Shown: piece after piece, positions 37,801-48,706 of the stretch
Numbering within the stretch: position 1 is the first letter of the stretch
Layout of the letters: each line of letters begins with the position of its first letter
Source of the DNA: Amoebophrya sp. A120
Taxonomy: Eukaryota > Protista > Dinoflagellata
Direction: 5' to 3'
Length of the DNA: 64,000 bases
Assembly (NCBI GenBank): GCA_905178155.1
Contig: CAJINV010000013.1
Location: 486,344 to 550,343, forward strand
Notes under the pieces: generated by a model
Database searches by the model: none
What the model was told of the DNA's origin: nothing
Seen by the model: only the letters and a program-made list of their open reading frames with translations
Made by a program: the position numbers and the translations under genes

Positions 37801-40800
37801 CGCATGACAAATGCCCTCTCTGTGTAGCAAAAATTGCCTTCCCTCTGCTGCTCATGCAATACAGATTTTTTTCGATTCCAAATGCAGCATCACAAGTTTC
37901 ATTCTTCCAGACCCAGACATTTTTACATTTGATAGAAGACGGAGAGGAACAGCAAACCGGAGGTGTTCGACTGCAAGACGGTGGCCAGCGAAGAGGCCGC
38001 GTTGGACTTCTGGAAGGAACTGGGCGGTGAACAATCCCTCTCAGAAGCAGACGTGCCGGCGGCGGACGCGGGCGGTAGCGACGAGCTGCACGAGCAGGTG
38101 TCTGCGGAAAAAATAAAACTGTACGAAATGGTTTTATCAACTGCCGGAGATGACAAGGACCACTACGAGCTGAAGCCCGTCGAGAACGCGAAAGTTCCGT
38201 TCAAGAGCAAGGACGAATTTCTGAAGGACGACGGCGTGTTCGTGCTGGACAGCGGCGCACCACAGCCCGGGCTCTTCGTCTGGTTGGGCAAGAAGGCGGA
38301 CGCGGGGTTGCGGAAAAAAGCGGTAAAAACGGCCACGGACTGGTTGGGAAAGCAGGGGCTGCCGGAATACACCGGGATCGCGAGGGTAAGTACTGAATAC
38401 AGGAGATATAGTGCTTGTAGGTCCTTCAATCGTGAAGTGAAGACGTTCTTCGGATTTTCGAGCATCGTACGCGTTCCAATAATTTTGAGACCGAGAATAA
38501 TCTTCATGTTATGATATCCACCCTCTTTCCACAGATGGACGCTGGCACGGAGCCGGCGCTTTTCAAAACGTATTTCGCGCAATTCGATCCGGTGAAACTG
38601 CCATCCACGCTGGACGTGCAGCGGTCAACTAGCATTGCGGAGACCAGGGAAAGTGAGGTATTGGATTCGAAAGCGGGTTTGATGTTGCCGGAAATTTAGT
38701 GTTTTTAGAGCGAAGAATTTTCTTCAACACACGAAATGAAATCGCATGCTGAGTGGCGTTCCAAAAAAAATTCTTCAGGTTTCTATCGCGAACATGCACG
38801 ACAATAACAAGTTGAAGCCCGGCGCCAACACCCGGCGAAAGTCTTTGCCCGCTGTCGCACGCGCAAAGGAGAGCGAATCCCTGAAGATATGGCGCATCGA
38901 GCAGTTTGAGGCGAAGGAAATTCCGGAGGATAGCTACGGCGAGTTTTACGCGGGTGATTCCTACATCATCGAGTACGTCTACCGCACGAGCCCGGGCGGT
39001 AAGATCGAGGAGGCCCTGCTTTACTTCTGGCAGGGCGAGGACTCCACCGCGGACGAAAAGGGAGCGAGCGCGATTCTGTGCGCAAAGTTCGACACGGAAA
39101 GGTTCGGCGGGCAGGCGACGCAAATCCGCGTCGTCCAGGGGAAAGAACCGAGCAATTTCCTGCGACTGTTCGCCGGAAAAATGATTCTGCACAAGGGCGG
39201 GTGTGACAGCGGTATAGAAAGATGGTGACGATCATAGGGGTCGTTGAGGCTACATATTTTTTTTTCTCGTCTGCAGCAACCAGAGCTGAGGATGTTTTTT
39301 TTGTCAAAAAGCGCATGCTGAGATGATGATTGTTGTTCGTTGTCCTCAGGCAATAAAATGCCTATAATCGGGTTCTGTTCTTCCACAAAAATGCCCGCGC
39401 GACACATTTCAATGTCGCTATCACCAGGATTCCGCTCCACCCGCGCTTCTGCTGAGGAAACCACCAGCGGGGATAGCAATTCAGATTGTGCTAAAAAAAG
39501 TGTCTCTTTCTCCTGGCCACCTCCTCAGGCCAGGACATTTTCGCGTCCCAAACACCACACTGCTCTCTTACCTGGCCCAAAAATTTGCCAGGCCAGGTAA
39601 GAGAGTGCCGTGGTGTTTTGGCCAACTTTTTTTGGGCCGACGGGGCCCTTTTTCCTTCCAAGCGCCACGCTATGCTCTTACCTGGCGCCAAAACTTGGCA
39701 GGCCAGGTAAGAGGGTGCCATGGTGTTTGGGCCAACTTTTTTTGGGCCGATGCGGTCTGTTTTCCTTCCAATCGCAATGCTATGCTCTTACCGGGCCTCA
39801 AAGTCTGGAGGCCCAGGTAAGAGCACAGCGCGGCCTTGTGCTTCAAGGGTGTCTCTTTCATCTGGCCACCTCCGCTCTTCAGGCCAGGACATTTTCGCAT
39901 CCCAAACACCACGCTGCTCTCTTACCTGGCCCCAAAACTTGGAAGGCCAGGTAAGAGAGTGCCGTGGTGTTTGGGCCAACTTTTGTTGGGCCGACGCGGC
40001 CTTTTTTCCTTCCAAGCGCCATGATAGGATCTTACGTGGCCTCAAAGTTTGGAGGCCCAGGTAAGAGCACAGCATGGCGCTTGTGCTTCAAGAGTGTCTT
40101 TTTCCTCTGGCCACCTCCTCAGGCCAGGACGTTTTCGCATCCCAAGCACCACGCTGCTCTCTTACCTGGCCCCAAAACCCGGCAACCCAGGTAAGAGAGT
40201 GCCGTGGTGTTTGGACGAATTTTTTTTGGGCCGATGCGGTCTTTTTTCCAAGCGCCACGCTATGCTCTTGCCGGGCCTCAAAGCCTAGAGGCCCCGGTAA
40301 GAGCACAGCGTGCTGCTTGTGCTTCAAGATCATCCTCCTTATCTGGCCACCTTCCCGGGCCAAGACGTTTTCGCATCACAAGCACCGCGCTGCTCTCTTA
40401 CCTGGCCCCAAAACCTGACAGCCCAGGTAAGAGAGTGCCGTGGTGTTTGGGCCAACTTTCGCGGGCCGGAGCAATCTTTTTTCCAGGCGCCGCGCTATGC
40501 TCGTAGCTTGGTGGCCAATCTATTTTTGATCTATTCCGCCCAAATATCTAGTCGAAGAAATTCACTACCAACATTTCAATGTCGCTATCACCAGGATTCC
40601 GCTCCACCCGCGCTTCTGCTGAGGAGACGAGCGGGGATAGCAAGTCCGATTTGAAGCTGTACCATATCCGCGGCCTGACGCCCTCCGAGTGCAAAGCGCT
40701 GGAGATCACGGTGGACGCAAAGTTGCTGAACTCTAACGACGTCCTGGCACTCGTCAGTGCCACAAAATCTTCGTACCTGTGGGTCGGCAAGGGAGCCAGT

Positions 40801-43354
40801 GCGGAAGAGCAGGAACTGGGCAAGGAGCTGTGCACGAAATTGCTGGCGAATAAAACAGCCTCTACAACTTCTTCGAGCACAACAACGCCGTTATTTGAGA
40901 CCATCACCGAGGGGAGTGAGCCCGACAGTTTCTGGGAGCTCTTTCCCAACGGAAAAGAACCCTACGCCGACAACCCCGTGTTATTCGAGGCGGAATTTGA
41001 GCCGCGCCTGTTCCAGGTCTCCAACGCGTCCGGAGCTTTGCGGGTGGAGGAGGTGTACCAATTCACGCAAACCGACCTGATCGACGAGGACGTGATGCTG
41101 TTGGATACGTACAACTCCGTGTTCGTCTGGGTCGGCGACTTGTCGCACCCCGAAGAATATCCTGTGCAAAAGTATCGCGCTCGTGCAAAGTTTTGCTGGA
41201 ATTGTACTTCTGCCTTAAAAATCTGCAAGACGATTACTTCTGCCTTAAAAATCTGCAGGAGGTAGCGCGATTATACTTTTGCGGTGCATAGAGAACAAAA
41301 AGAGGCCCCGAAGATCGCGGAGTCCTACGTAAAATCCGCACCGGACGGCAGAAGTGTCGAGGAGACCCCGATTGTCGTCGTAAAGCAGGGGAACGAACCC
41401 CTACTCTTCACCTGCCACTTCGTTGGCTGGGACTCTTATCCGCTGGAATAGTTTATTGCTCAGACAGAGTAGGTGGAGTTTGTAGTTGCGCTCGACACGA
41501 GCAAGACTGATTTTTTGTGCGTGTGCTGCTCCTTTCGTCGGCAATATAAAAGTGGAGAGGAACATATGCATACTCACGAAAAATAAATATCGTCGACGTG
41601 GCAAAAAGGATATATTTATTAGTTTTCGTACAGACACCTGCTGTAGTGTTCTCGTTGTACTAAAGTCGAACCATCGATCGAGTCCTGTTTTTTAGCTAAA
41701 GAACCACTTACTTCTGCGCACTAAACCTGGTTCCAGCCCGATAACCCATCCAAGAAGAAAGGCTTTTCTGACGTTTACGAAGAGGCGCTGAAGCGGCGGA
41801 ATTCCCAGCTACAGCAGCAAAAGGACGAGGAGGAAAAGGCGCTGCAGGAGGATATAACCCGCTCAGGTGTTACAATCTCAAGCGTTACAATAGAATCTGG
41901 AATTTGTGTTGCAAGAAGTGCATGATCTACCCTACTCCCACAGGACTGCGCATGACAAGCTCTGGAGTCCCAATCCGCACTACAATCTGGCGAGATTTGT
42001 ATTGCAAAAAGTGGAACGCTGTCCGAGTCTGTCATGTTGATCACGCAAGACAAATCTCAGACTCTATTGTAACGCTTGAGATTGTAACGTTTGAGCAGGT
42101 CATAGAGGAGGCCGAGAAGCGCGCGGAGAAGGTGAGATTGATGGAGCAGCAGCGGGAAGAAGAAGCAAAGCAAAAGCGAGAGTCGAAGAACAAGGACGAC
42201 AGCGCCACAACCGCAGCGCCCTGGGTAAAAAAGGAGCAAAATCCGAGTGCCGGAGATAGTACGGCGGAGCGGAATAGCACCAAAGAATCCAACCCACAGG
42301 ACGCAAACAAGACGCTGGCAAAGTCGCCAACAGACGGAGGCAAGAAAACTACCAGTGGGTATGGCGGAAAGAAAGAACAGAACCACTACTTCTGTCGGCA
42401 GATCTTTTTCCCCTCGTTCGTTTAGCAAGCATGGTCAACATGCAGATTGGCATGGTGCGATGACTAAGTAACAAGCATGCCAAGAATTTACTACTCTGCA
42501 TTGCAAGTTATAGCCGTCTTCAAGCGTGAGACATCAGAGAGCATGTGGATGAGATTTGTGCTGGGATGTGAGCGCTGTCTTTTCCCGCCATATTGAAACA
42601 CCGGAGAGTCCGGTGACTCGGAGAACCAGTGTAAAAGGTACTGATCTACTCGTTCTCAACGTTTTCTCGTTTTAGAGAGCTTTCTCGTGGTATCTATCCG
42701 GAGACTCAGACGCGATCTATGAAGTACTTTTTGTTTCGTACTATCGTTAAAACCAGGCCGCGTAATAGCACTTCTGTGCCAAAAACAGGAACGCGGCGTA
42801 GAAGTTCTATTACGCGGTGCTGCGTAGGAGGTGGAGGCGGTAGTTGTACTACTGATTCCCCCGCCGCCCAAGAAAGTGACCAGAAAAAGAACAACCTTGT
42901 ATCCACCAGCAAAGACTCCTCCACAACAGCCAGCAGCTTTGCCGAACAGCAAGGCGGGGCAGGCGCTTCCGATAAGAAACCCAAACTCGAAAAAGGTGCC
43001 AACGGTCGGTGGAGCACGGTGGACACGGGCGGTTACATCGGCTTTGCCAACGTGTCGCGTTCGAGCCGGGTTTCGTCAACGATGGTTGGCGAGGGGGATT
43101 TGAAAAACGAAAACGACAAGCTGGAGGGGAAAAAGGACGCGGTGGAGGAGTCATACGCCTGTCCACGGAAAACGAAGTATTCCCTGACGGAGCTGCAGCA
43201 CGGCAAGCGCCCAAGCGACGTGGACCCGACGAAAAAGGAGCACTACTTGCCTGACGAAGAGTTTCACTCGGTCTTCAGCCTGAGTCTGGACGACTGGGAA
43301 AAACTACCGGTGTGGAAGCGGACGCAGAAGAAGAAGGAAAAGGGATTGTTTTAA
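34889..43354 (+). CDS. Villin/gelsolin-family actin-binding protein with C-terminal villin headpiece; ~17 introns
   Basis: Gelsolin repeats: IEVWRIE..FGQFYSGDSYLVL, YYWLGKDSSVDEKGAAALKTVELD, PVQYRE, LKIWRIE..YGEFYAGDSYII, QIRVVQGKEP, PRLFQVSN, FTQTDL, EPLLFTCHFVGWD. Headpiece KEHYLPDEEF..LPVWKRTQKKKEKGLF. GT-AG introns: 34997-35390, 35784-35920, 36887-37016, 38386-38534, 38658-38778, 39212-40594, 42638-42827; the rest are non-canonical. Confidence 0.92.
35262..35297 (+). repeat. Dispersed repeat end CT(G/A)GTGCAG(A/G)ATAAATGATGATGATG, copy 1 (non-LTR retroelement-like 3' tail)
   Basis: The same motif with an (ATG)n tail recurs at ~50405-50440. Confidence 0.5.
35498..35703. mobile_element. 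Non-canonical intron with degenerate inverted ends in villin
   Basis: Interrupts MKAV|PVPWTDFG; ends TATGGAAAAGAGAAAAT / ATTTCTCTTTCACAT; no AG acceptor. Exact junction ambiguous. Confidence 0.65.
35994..36133. mobile_element. Introner family C copy in villin
   Basis: TAT...ATA; TIR TGCAAAAGTATCGTACTCGTAT / ATACGAGTAGGATACTTTTGCA; perfect direct repeat CGGTA. Removal gives KTVELDTKLG. Confidence 0.93.
36173..36423. mobile_element. Introner family A copy in villin
   Basis: TIR TATCAAATGTAAAAATGTCTG(C)GTCTGGAA / TTCCAGACCCAGACATTTTTACATTTGATA; perfect direct repeat CGTGC. Removal gives LPVQYRE. Confidence 0.95.
36547..36856. mobile_element. Degenerate TAT...ATA non-canonical intron in villin
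   Basis: Flanks GCAAC / GTGAC (3/5 identical). Removal plus 5 nt gives FRHVEATVYESRLLH. TIR eroded. Confidence 0.7.
37088..37328. mobile_element. TIR-bounded non-canonical intron in villin (junction irregular)
   Basis: TATAAGAAAAGTGACCAC / GTGATCACTTTTCCTATC; flanks GACGC / CACGC; interrupts MNQGD|FVLDAG. Confidence 0.75.
37375..37605. mobile_element. Degenerate TAT...ATA non-canonical intron in villin
   Basis: TATACACGGAAAG / CTTTCCCTCCATA. Removal plus 5 nt gives IFVYCGKECNKYE. Confidence 0.75.
37673..37934. mobile_element. Introner family A copy in villin
   Basis: TIR TATCAACTGTAAAAATGTCTGGGTCTGGAAGA / TCTTCCAGACCCAGACATTTTTACATTTGATA; perfect direct repeat GAAGA. Removal gives VLKTERNSKPEVFD. 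Confidence 0.95.
39404..39488 (+). repeat. Duplicate of the villin acceptor site and exon start (second copy ~40571-40651)
   Basis: ACATTTCAATGTCGCTATCACCAGGATTCCGCTCCACCCGCGCTTCTGCTGAGGA is identical in both copies. Confidence 0.93.
39490..40505. repeat. Tandem array (~240-bp period, two alternating subunits) containing 8 hairpins CTCTTACCTGG...CCAGGTAAGAG
   Basis: CAGGTAAGAG(A/G)GTGCC recurs near 39594, 39704, 39948, 40188 and 40423; GGTAAGAGCACAGC near 39815, 40060 and 40296. Each is preceded by its (near) reverse complement. Confidence 0.9.
41158..41290. mobile_element. Introner family C copy in villin
   Basis: TATCCTGTGCAAAAGTATCGCGCT / AGCGCGATTATACTTTTGCGGTGCATA; flanks AAGAA / GAGAA. 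Removal gives HPEEQKEA. Has an internal ~30-bp-period tandem duplication. Confidence 0.88.
41437..41743. mobile_element. TAT...ATA introner in villin
   Basis: TATCCGCTGGAA / TTCCAGCCCGATA; flanks ACTCT / ACCCA. Removal gives GWD(S/P)SKKKGFSD. Confidence 0.8.
41853..42104. mobile_element. Introner family D in villin
   Basis: ~47-bp TIR (core GTTACAATCTCAAGCGTTACAATAGA); perfect direct repeat GAGGA. Removal gives ALQEEAEKRAE. Confidence 0.94.
42360..42592. mobile_element. TAT...ATA introner in villin
   Basis: TATGGCGGAAAGAAAGAACAG / CTGTCTTTTCCCGCCATA; direct repeat decayed (GTGGG / TTGAA). Removal plus 5 nt restores the frame TSGTPESP. Confidence 0.8.
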
Positions 43355-44822
43355 TAAGGTGGAAAGGAATGTAGATGTACGAATACCTAAAAAAGAAAAA
43401 ATTTTTGCTTTTAGTACAACCACCTCCCGCGGATGAGCAGTAGCGTAAATATAGTACGCTTTCGCTGCAGATCGGGCGTCGTCTTCGTCATTTAGATAGC
43501 AAAGGGGTGTCCATCGAATGGTCTAAAGTGATCGAGAAAATACCTCTGATGTTGTATCACTAGCTTTTATGAGTTTCTCCCTGCAGAATGGCGGTGGGAC
43601 CAGGAAGCAGAATGGTAATGCAGAGCAGGTGAGTTTAGATGAGACAACGTTCCGCTCGTCCGGAATGAAAGAGGTTCCAGACGTGAATGCAGGAACAGAT
43701 GGTAAGAATTCTTGAAGTAGTTCAAAACAGCAAAAGCTCTAACGTTTTTCTAGCCACATCCGCATCGCATGCCTACTAATGGAACCAAATACAACATGAC
43801 TTTACCGCGGACTTTTATGCAACGTATATTTTAGTTTTTCTTTGCCACAACCTTAAGTTTCTTGTAACTGCCTGATGAGACACATGCTTTGTCGAATATA
43901 AGCTGCGAATGCAGCACGATTAACAGATCTCGGGTCCTCGACTTCGAAAAAATTTTAATTGACAAAATGAAATTTTTCAAGCTTGCGAAAAAAATCATGG
44001 GTATTTTTTTATCAATTTGATGCGATTGTCCTTGGCGTTGTTGTGCTTATACTGCTTCATGCAAAGCGCCTGCTTATGCAGGCTTCGCCAACAAATTAGA
44101 GCTTTTGCTATTGCTTGCACTACCTGGGTGTAATGTGAGTGGGATGAGCCGCGTATAGGTATATTTTCTGAGTGTCGGTTGTCCATACGCACGAATGCCT
44201 TTAAGAAGCATTGGCTTGTAAGCATTATCGGTGTTTAGAACAAATGGAGTCTCGGTTATGTTTTTTTTTTCTATGACCAAGACGAACTGGAACTGATGAG
44301 TGAAAAATTTAAATTCTGAATTGGTTTTTTCGTACACCACAGAAAAGACGTCCGCGTTCTACGTTGAGAGATGAATAACTTTCTTGCACTACGTAGGTTT
44401 GATTCGTGCGTGCACCATGATAACAAGTTTACCACCGTGAGGGATAGACACACAGCTTTAGAGCGTATGGCGTACGTACTGGAACGGAAATGTCTTCCTT
44501 GAGTTTTTCAGTATTCTTGGTTTCCCCAAACCTGAGAGCCGCGTCAATTGAAAAAGCCGCTACATCGTAATTAATACCAGGTCCAAGGAAAAGTGTTGCC
44601 TCCCAACATCAATTACAATAAACCCGTCCTCCGTACACTACGAAGTTGTTGCCTCTTTCGTTCAAAAGAGCAGCACGACCAGTCTACAGTAAAACAAAAT
44701 TTGTTTTCCGAAACCAAAACCGTAGCCCCTTTTTTTCTGATCCGGCGTTGCGAGACGTTAGGCTCAGTTTAAAACCACCTCTTTCTCAAGTTTGCCAACT
44801 TCTTTTCACCCGACACCTCAAA

Positions 44823-47800
44823 ATGGGTTGCGGTGCCTCCAAGGATGGTGCGGCCGCTCCGGCCGGCGCTGCCGCCCCGGCGAAGGCCGTCTCCGCCAAG
44901 GCCAAGCCGGCGACCAACGACCCCAACTACCCGCCGATGGGTCTGGCCCCCACCGTGCAGGGCCTGCCGGACTGGATCAAGCTCGGCTGCGCCGACAAGG
45001 AGTACATCTGCGAGGAGAAGGGTGCCACCTTCCCCGGTGACAAGTGCCCGGACAAACTGCCGGATCTGTCCAACCACGGCAACTTGTGCGCCATGGCTCT
45101 GCGGGACCACCCGGAAATCTACGAGAAGTACAAATGCGTTTTTGTTTGTCTGAATTTTGTTCAATGTCACCGAGCCGAAATTTAGAATATCATCAAGCGC
45201 GTTCGTAGTTGTGCAGCGAGGGTGTGTAGTTTTTCTTTTCTCCCTAAACCTAAACTTCCACCATCACAACCAGGTACAAGAACGTGACCACCAAAGGCGG
45301 TGTGTCCCTCGCCAAGTGCATCAAGACCGGTATCGACAACCCGGGGCACCCGCACATCCTGACCTGCGGTTTGGTCGCCGGTGACGAGGAGTGCTACACC
45401 ACCTTCAAGGACCTGTTCGACATCGTCGTCGGAAAGCGCAACGGCAACTATGCCCCGGATGCCAAGCACGTCTCCGACATGGACGTGAACAAGCTGTCCA
45501 CCACCAAAATCGACCCCACCGGCAAATACTGTATTGCTATTTTCGTTTTTGTAAAAAGCGATTTTTTAAATAAAACAAAAAATTATGATGCATACGCGAC
45601 ATAATCTTGATTTCAGTGAATTTGGAAGATGAATGTACCGCCCCAAGTCATCTGATGAAGTAATCTGAAGTGCTGCGGTTTTCTTCGAAAAGAAAAAGTG
45701 AAGTTTCAATATCAATTTCTATTCAGGCCTGACCACCCGGTGCCGCACCGGTCGTTCCGTCCGCGGTTTGCCGCTGCCGCCGGCGTGCTCGTTCGAGCAG
45801 CGTCGTGAGACCGAGCGCGTATGCGTGAAGGGCTTGATGAAGATGGAAGGTGAGTTGAAGGGTCAGTACTTCCCGCTGAACGGATCCAAGTCCATGGAGC
45901 CGGAGTTCGTTGGCATGACCCACGAGAAGGAGGAGAAGTTGCGCAAGGGCGGCAACCTGTTCCAGGAGCCGGACTCCACCCTGCTGCTGTCCTCCGGCTG
46001 CGGCCGCCACTGGCCGGATGCCCGTGGTATCTTCCACAACGACGCGGAGAACTTCTTCGTCTGGGTCAACGAGGAGGATCAGCTGCGCATCGTGTCCATG
46101 GAGAAGGGTGACAACATCCGCGCCATCTTCACCCGCTTCGCCAACGCCACCAAGGCCGTCGAGAAGTGCCTGAAGGAGGAAGGCTACGGCTTCATGCACA
46201 ACGACCACTTGGGATAGTATTAACTTGGTTTGTCATCTTTGTTCAATTTGGGTGTGTTTGTACCTGTAGAGGAGATTATCGCACCATGTCTAGTCTCATC
46301 TTGTTTCTTTGGCACGAAAGAAGCAGAGCCGTCGGTTTTATTTTTAACTTCAATTTTTATGGAGACCTTGCCGTTCGGAACTTTCGATGAACAACATTAA
46401 GAAAATCTAAATCGCAAAACTCAAAACAGCATCCTGACGTGCCCGTCCAACTTGGGTACGGGTCTCCGCGCCGGAACGATGGTCAAGCTGCCTTTGTTCT
46501 CCGCCCGCCCGGACTTCAAGGACATCATGAAGAAGATGAAGCTGCAGGCCCGCGGTACCGCCGGCGTCGACTCCGCCTCCACTGGCGGCACCTGGGATAT
46601 CTCCAACGCCGATCGCCTGGGCATGTCCGAAGTGCAGTTGTGCAACTTGTTCATCGAGGGTGTCGCCCAGGTCATCCGGTGGGAGCAGGCTCTGGAAGAG
46701 GGCAAGGACATCGAGGCGGAAGTTGCCGCCGCCAAGCCGCTGGGCTTGGATGTTGGGGTAAGTTACTTGCGACATTCTTTCTTTCCAATTTAGGTGGACG
46801 TAGCCTATCTTTGTCTACTTAGCGGGAGTTTGCAGATTTCGACCTCGGCAAGTCTGTCAGTGCTCTCGGTGTCTGCTTCGGGTCGGGGTACTAGTATGTG
46901 CTTAAAAAGTTACAATTCCAATCGCGTCATCAAACCAATTCAACACACAGTCCTACCCGCCGCTGGCCCTCGCCCCGATTGTGTACGAGCTGCCCGACTG
47001 GATCAAGGTTGGCTGCGGTGCCGCCGAGTACTACTGCCCGGAAAAGGGTGCCACGTTCCCCGGTGACAAGTGCCCGGACACCCTGCCGGATCTGTCCAAG
47101 CACGGAAACCTGTGCGCCATGGCCCTGCGTGATCACCCGGAAATCTACGAAAAGTACTACAGATGCTTTTTTTTGTGTGAAGTGTGAGGCTCAGCCCATC
47201 TAAATTTCGAACACCCTCAATCGCATACTGCATGATTTTCAAGGGCGTGCTTTTTGATTGCAGAAGCAAAATGCTTCTTCTAATAAAGTTCTAAAAAATC
47301 CACCGTGACAGGTACAAAAACGTGGTCACCCCGGGTGGCGTGTCCTTGGCCAAGTGCATCAAGACCGGCATCGACAACCCCGGACACCCGCACATCTTGA
47401 CCTGCGGTTTGGTCGCCGGTGACGAGGACTGCTTCACCACGTTCAAGGACCTGTTCGACATTGTGATCGGCAAGCGCAACGGTGACTACCCGGCCGATGC
47501 GGTTCACACCACCAACATGAACCTCGATGATCTGTCCACCACCAAGATCGATCCCACCGGCAACTACTGTATCCATTAGTCATTTTCTCGAGTTATATTT
47601 TTTCTCACCCTGTGGAAGCTGGATGAGACATGCAAAAAATCTTGTCTGTGGCAGAGTGCGCTGTTGCTCTCCCATGTCGTGAATCCCAACTGACAGACAA
47701 AACCTAAAACAGGCTTGACGACCCGCTGCCGCACTGGTCGTTCCGTCCGCGGCCTGCCGCTCCCCCCGGCGTGCAGCTTCGAGCAGCGTCGTGAGACCGA

Positions 47801-48706
47801 GCGTGTGTGCGTCAAGGGTCTGATGAAGATGGAGGGTGAGTTGAAAGGTCAGTACTTCCCGCTGAACGGATCCAAGTCCATGGAGGACCAGGGCATCATG
47901 GGCATGACCCCCGAGAAGGAAGAATCCCTGCGCAAGAACGGCAACTTGTTCCAGGAGCCGGACTCCACCCTGCTGCTGTCCTCCGGCTGCGGTCGCCACT
48001 GGCCCGATGCCCGTGGTATCTACCACAACGACGCGGAGAACTTCTTCGTCTGGGTCAACGAGGAGGATCAGCTGCGCATCGTCTCCATGGAAAAGGGTAC
48101 AAAAGCATTTGATTCACGCGTGCTTCGAAACGACCTCTGCTTCGCATCAGTATTTTGTCCGCCTTGACGGGTTTTGCTCTACTCAAAGATAGGACGACAC
48201 TCGTTTTGCAAATCTTTTTCCACTGACGCTTACATCAAGTGCAAAAATGATGTTTTGCACCGATATAAAATTTAGGTGATGATATCCGCGCCATCTTCAC
48301 CCGGTTCGCCAACGCCACCCAGGCCGTGCAGGAGTGCTTGCAGTCCGAGGGTTACGACTTCATGCACAGCGACCACTTGGGTTACATCTTGACCTGCCCG
48401 TCCAACTTGGGAACGGGTCTCCGCGCCGGAACCATGGTCAAGCTCCCGCTGTTCTCCGCCCGCAAGGACTTCAAGGACGTCCTGAAGAAGATGAAGCTGC
48501 AGGCCCGCGGTACCGCCGGTGTCGACTCCGCCTCCACCGGCGGCACCTGGGACATCTCCAACGCCGATCGCCTGGGTATGTCCGAAGTGCAGCTCTGCAA
48601 CCTGTTCATCGAGGGCGTAGCGCAGGTCATCCGATGGGAACAGGCCTTGGAGAAGGGTGAGGACATCGAGGCCGAGCTCGCCGATGCCAAGCCGTTGGGT
48701 GTGTAA
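44823..48706 (+). CDS. Two-domain phosphagen kinase (creatine/taurocyamine kinase family) with N-terminal acylation motif
   Basis: MGCGASK start; two copies of [50 protein letters not shown] and [13 protein letters not shown] introns: 45128-45273, 45531-45726, 46217-46429, 46758-46950 (links the domains in frame), 47154-47311, 47569-47712, 48097-48275. Confidence 0.93.

Noticed and set aside
39490-40505. CRISPR array, U1 snRNA gene cluster, or the many repetitive ORFs here
   Set aside because: The sequences between hairpins are themselves repeated, there are no cas genes and the context is eukaryotic. U1 loop I/II motifs (GAUCACGAAG, AUUGCAC) are absent. The ORFs are repeat artefacts.
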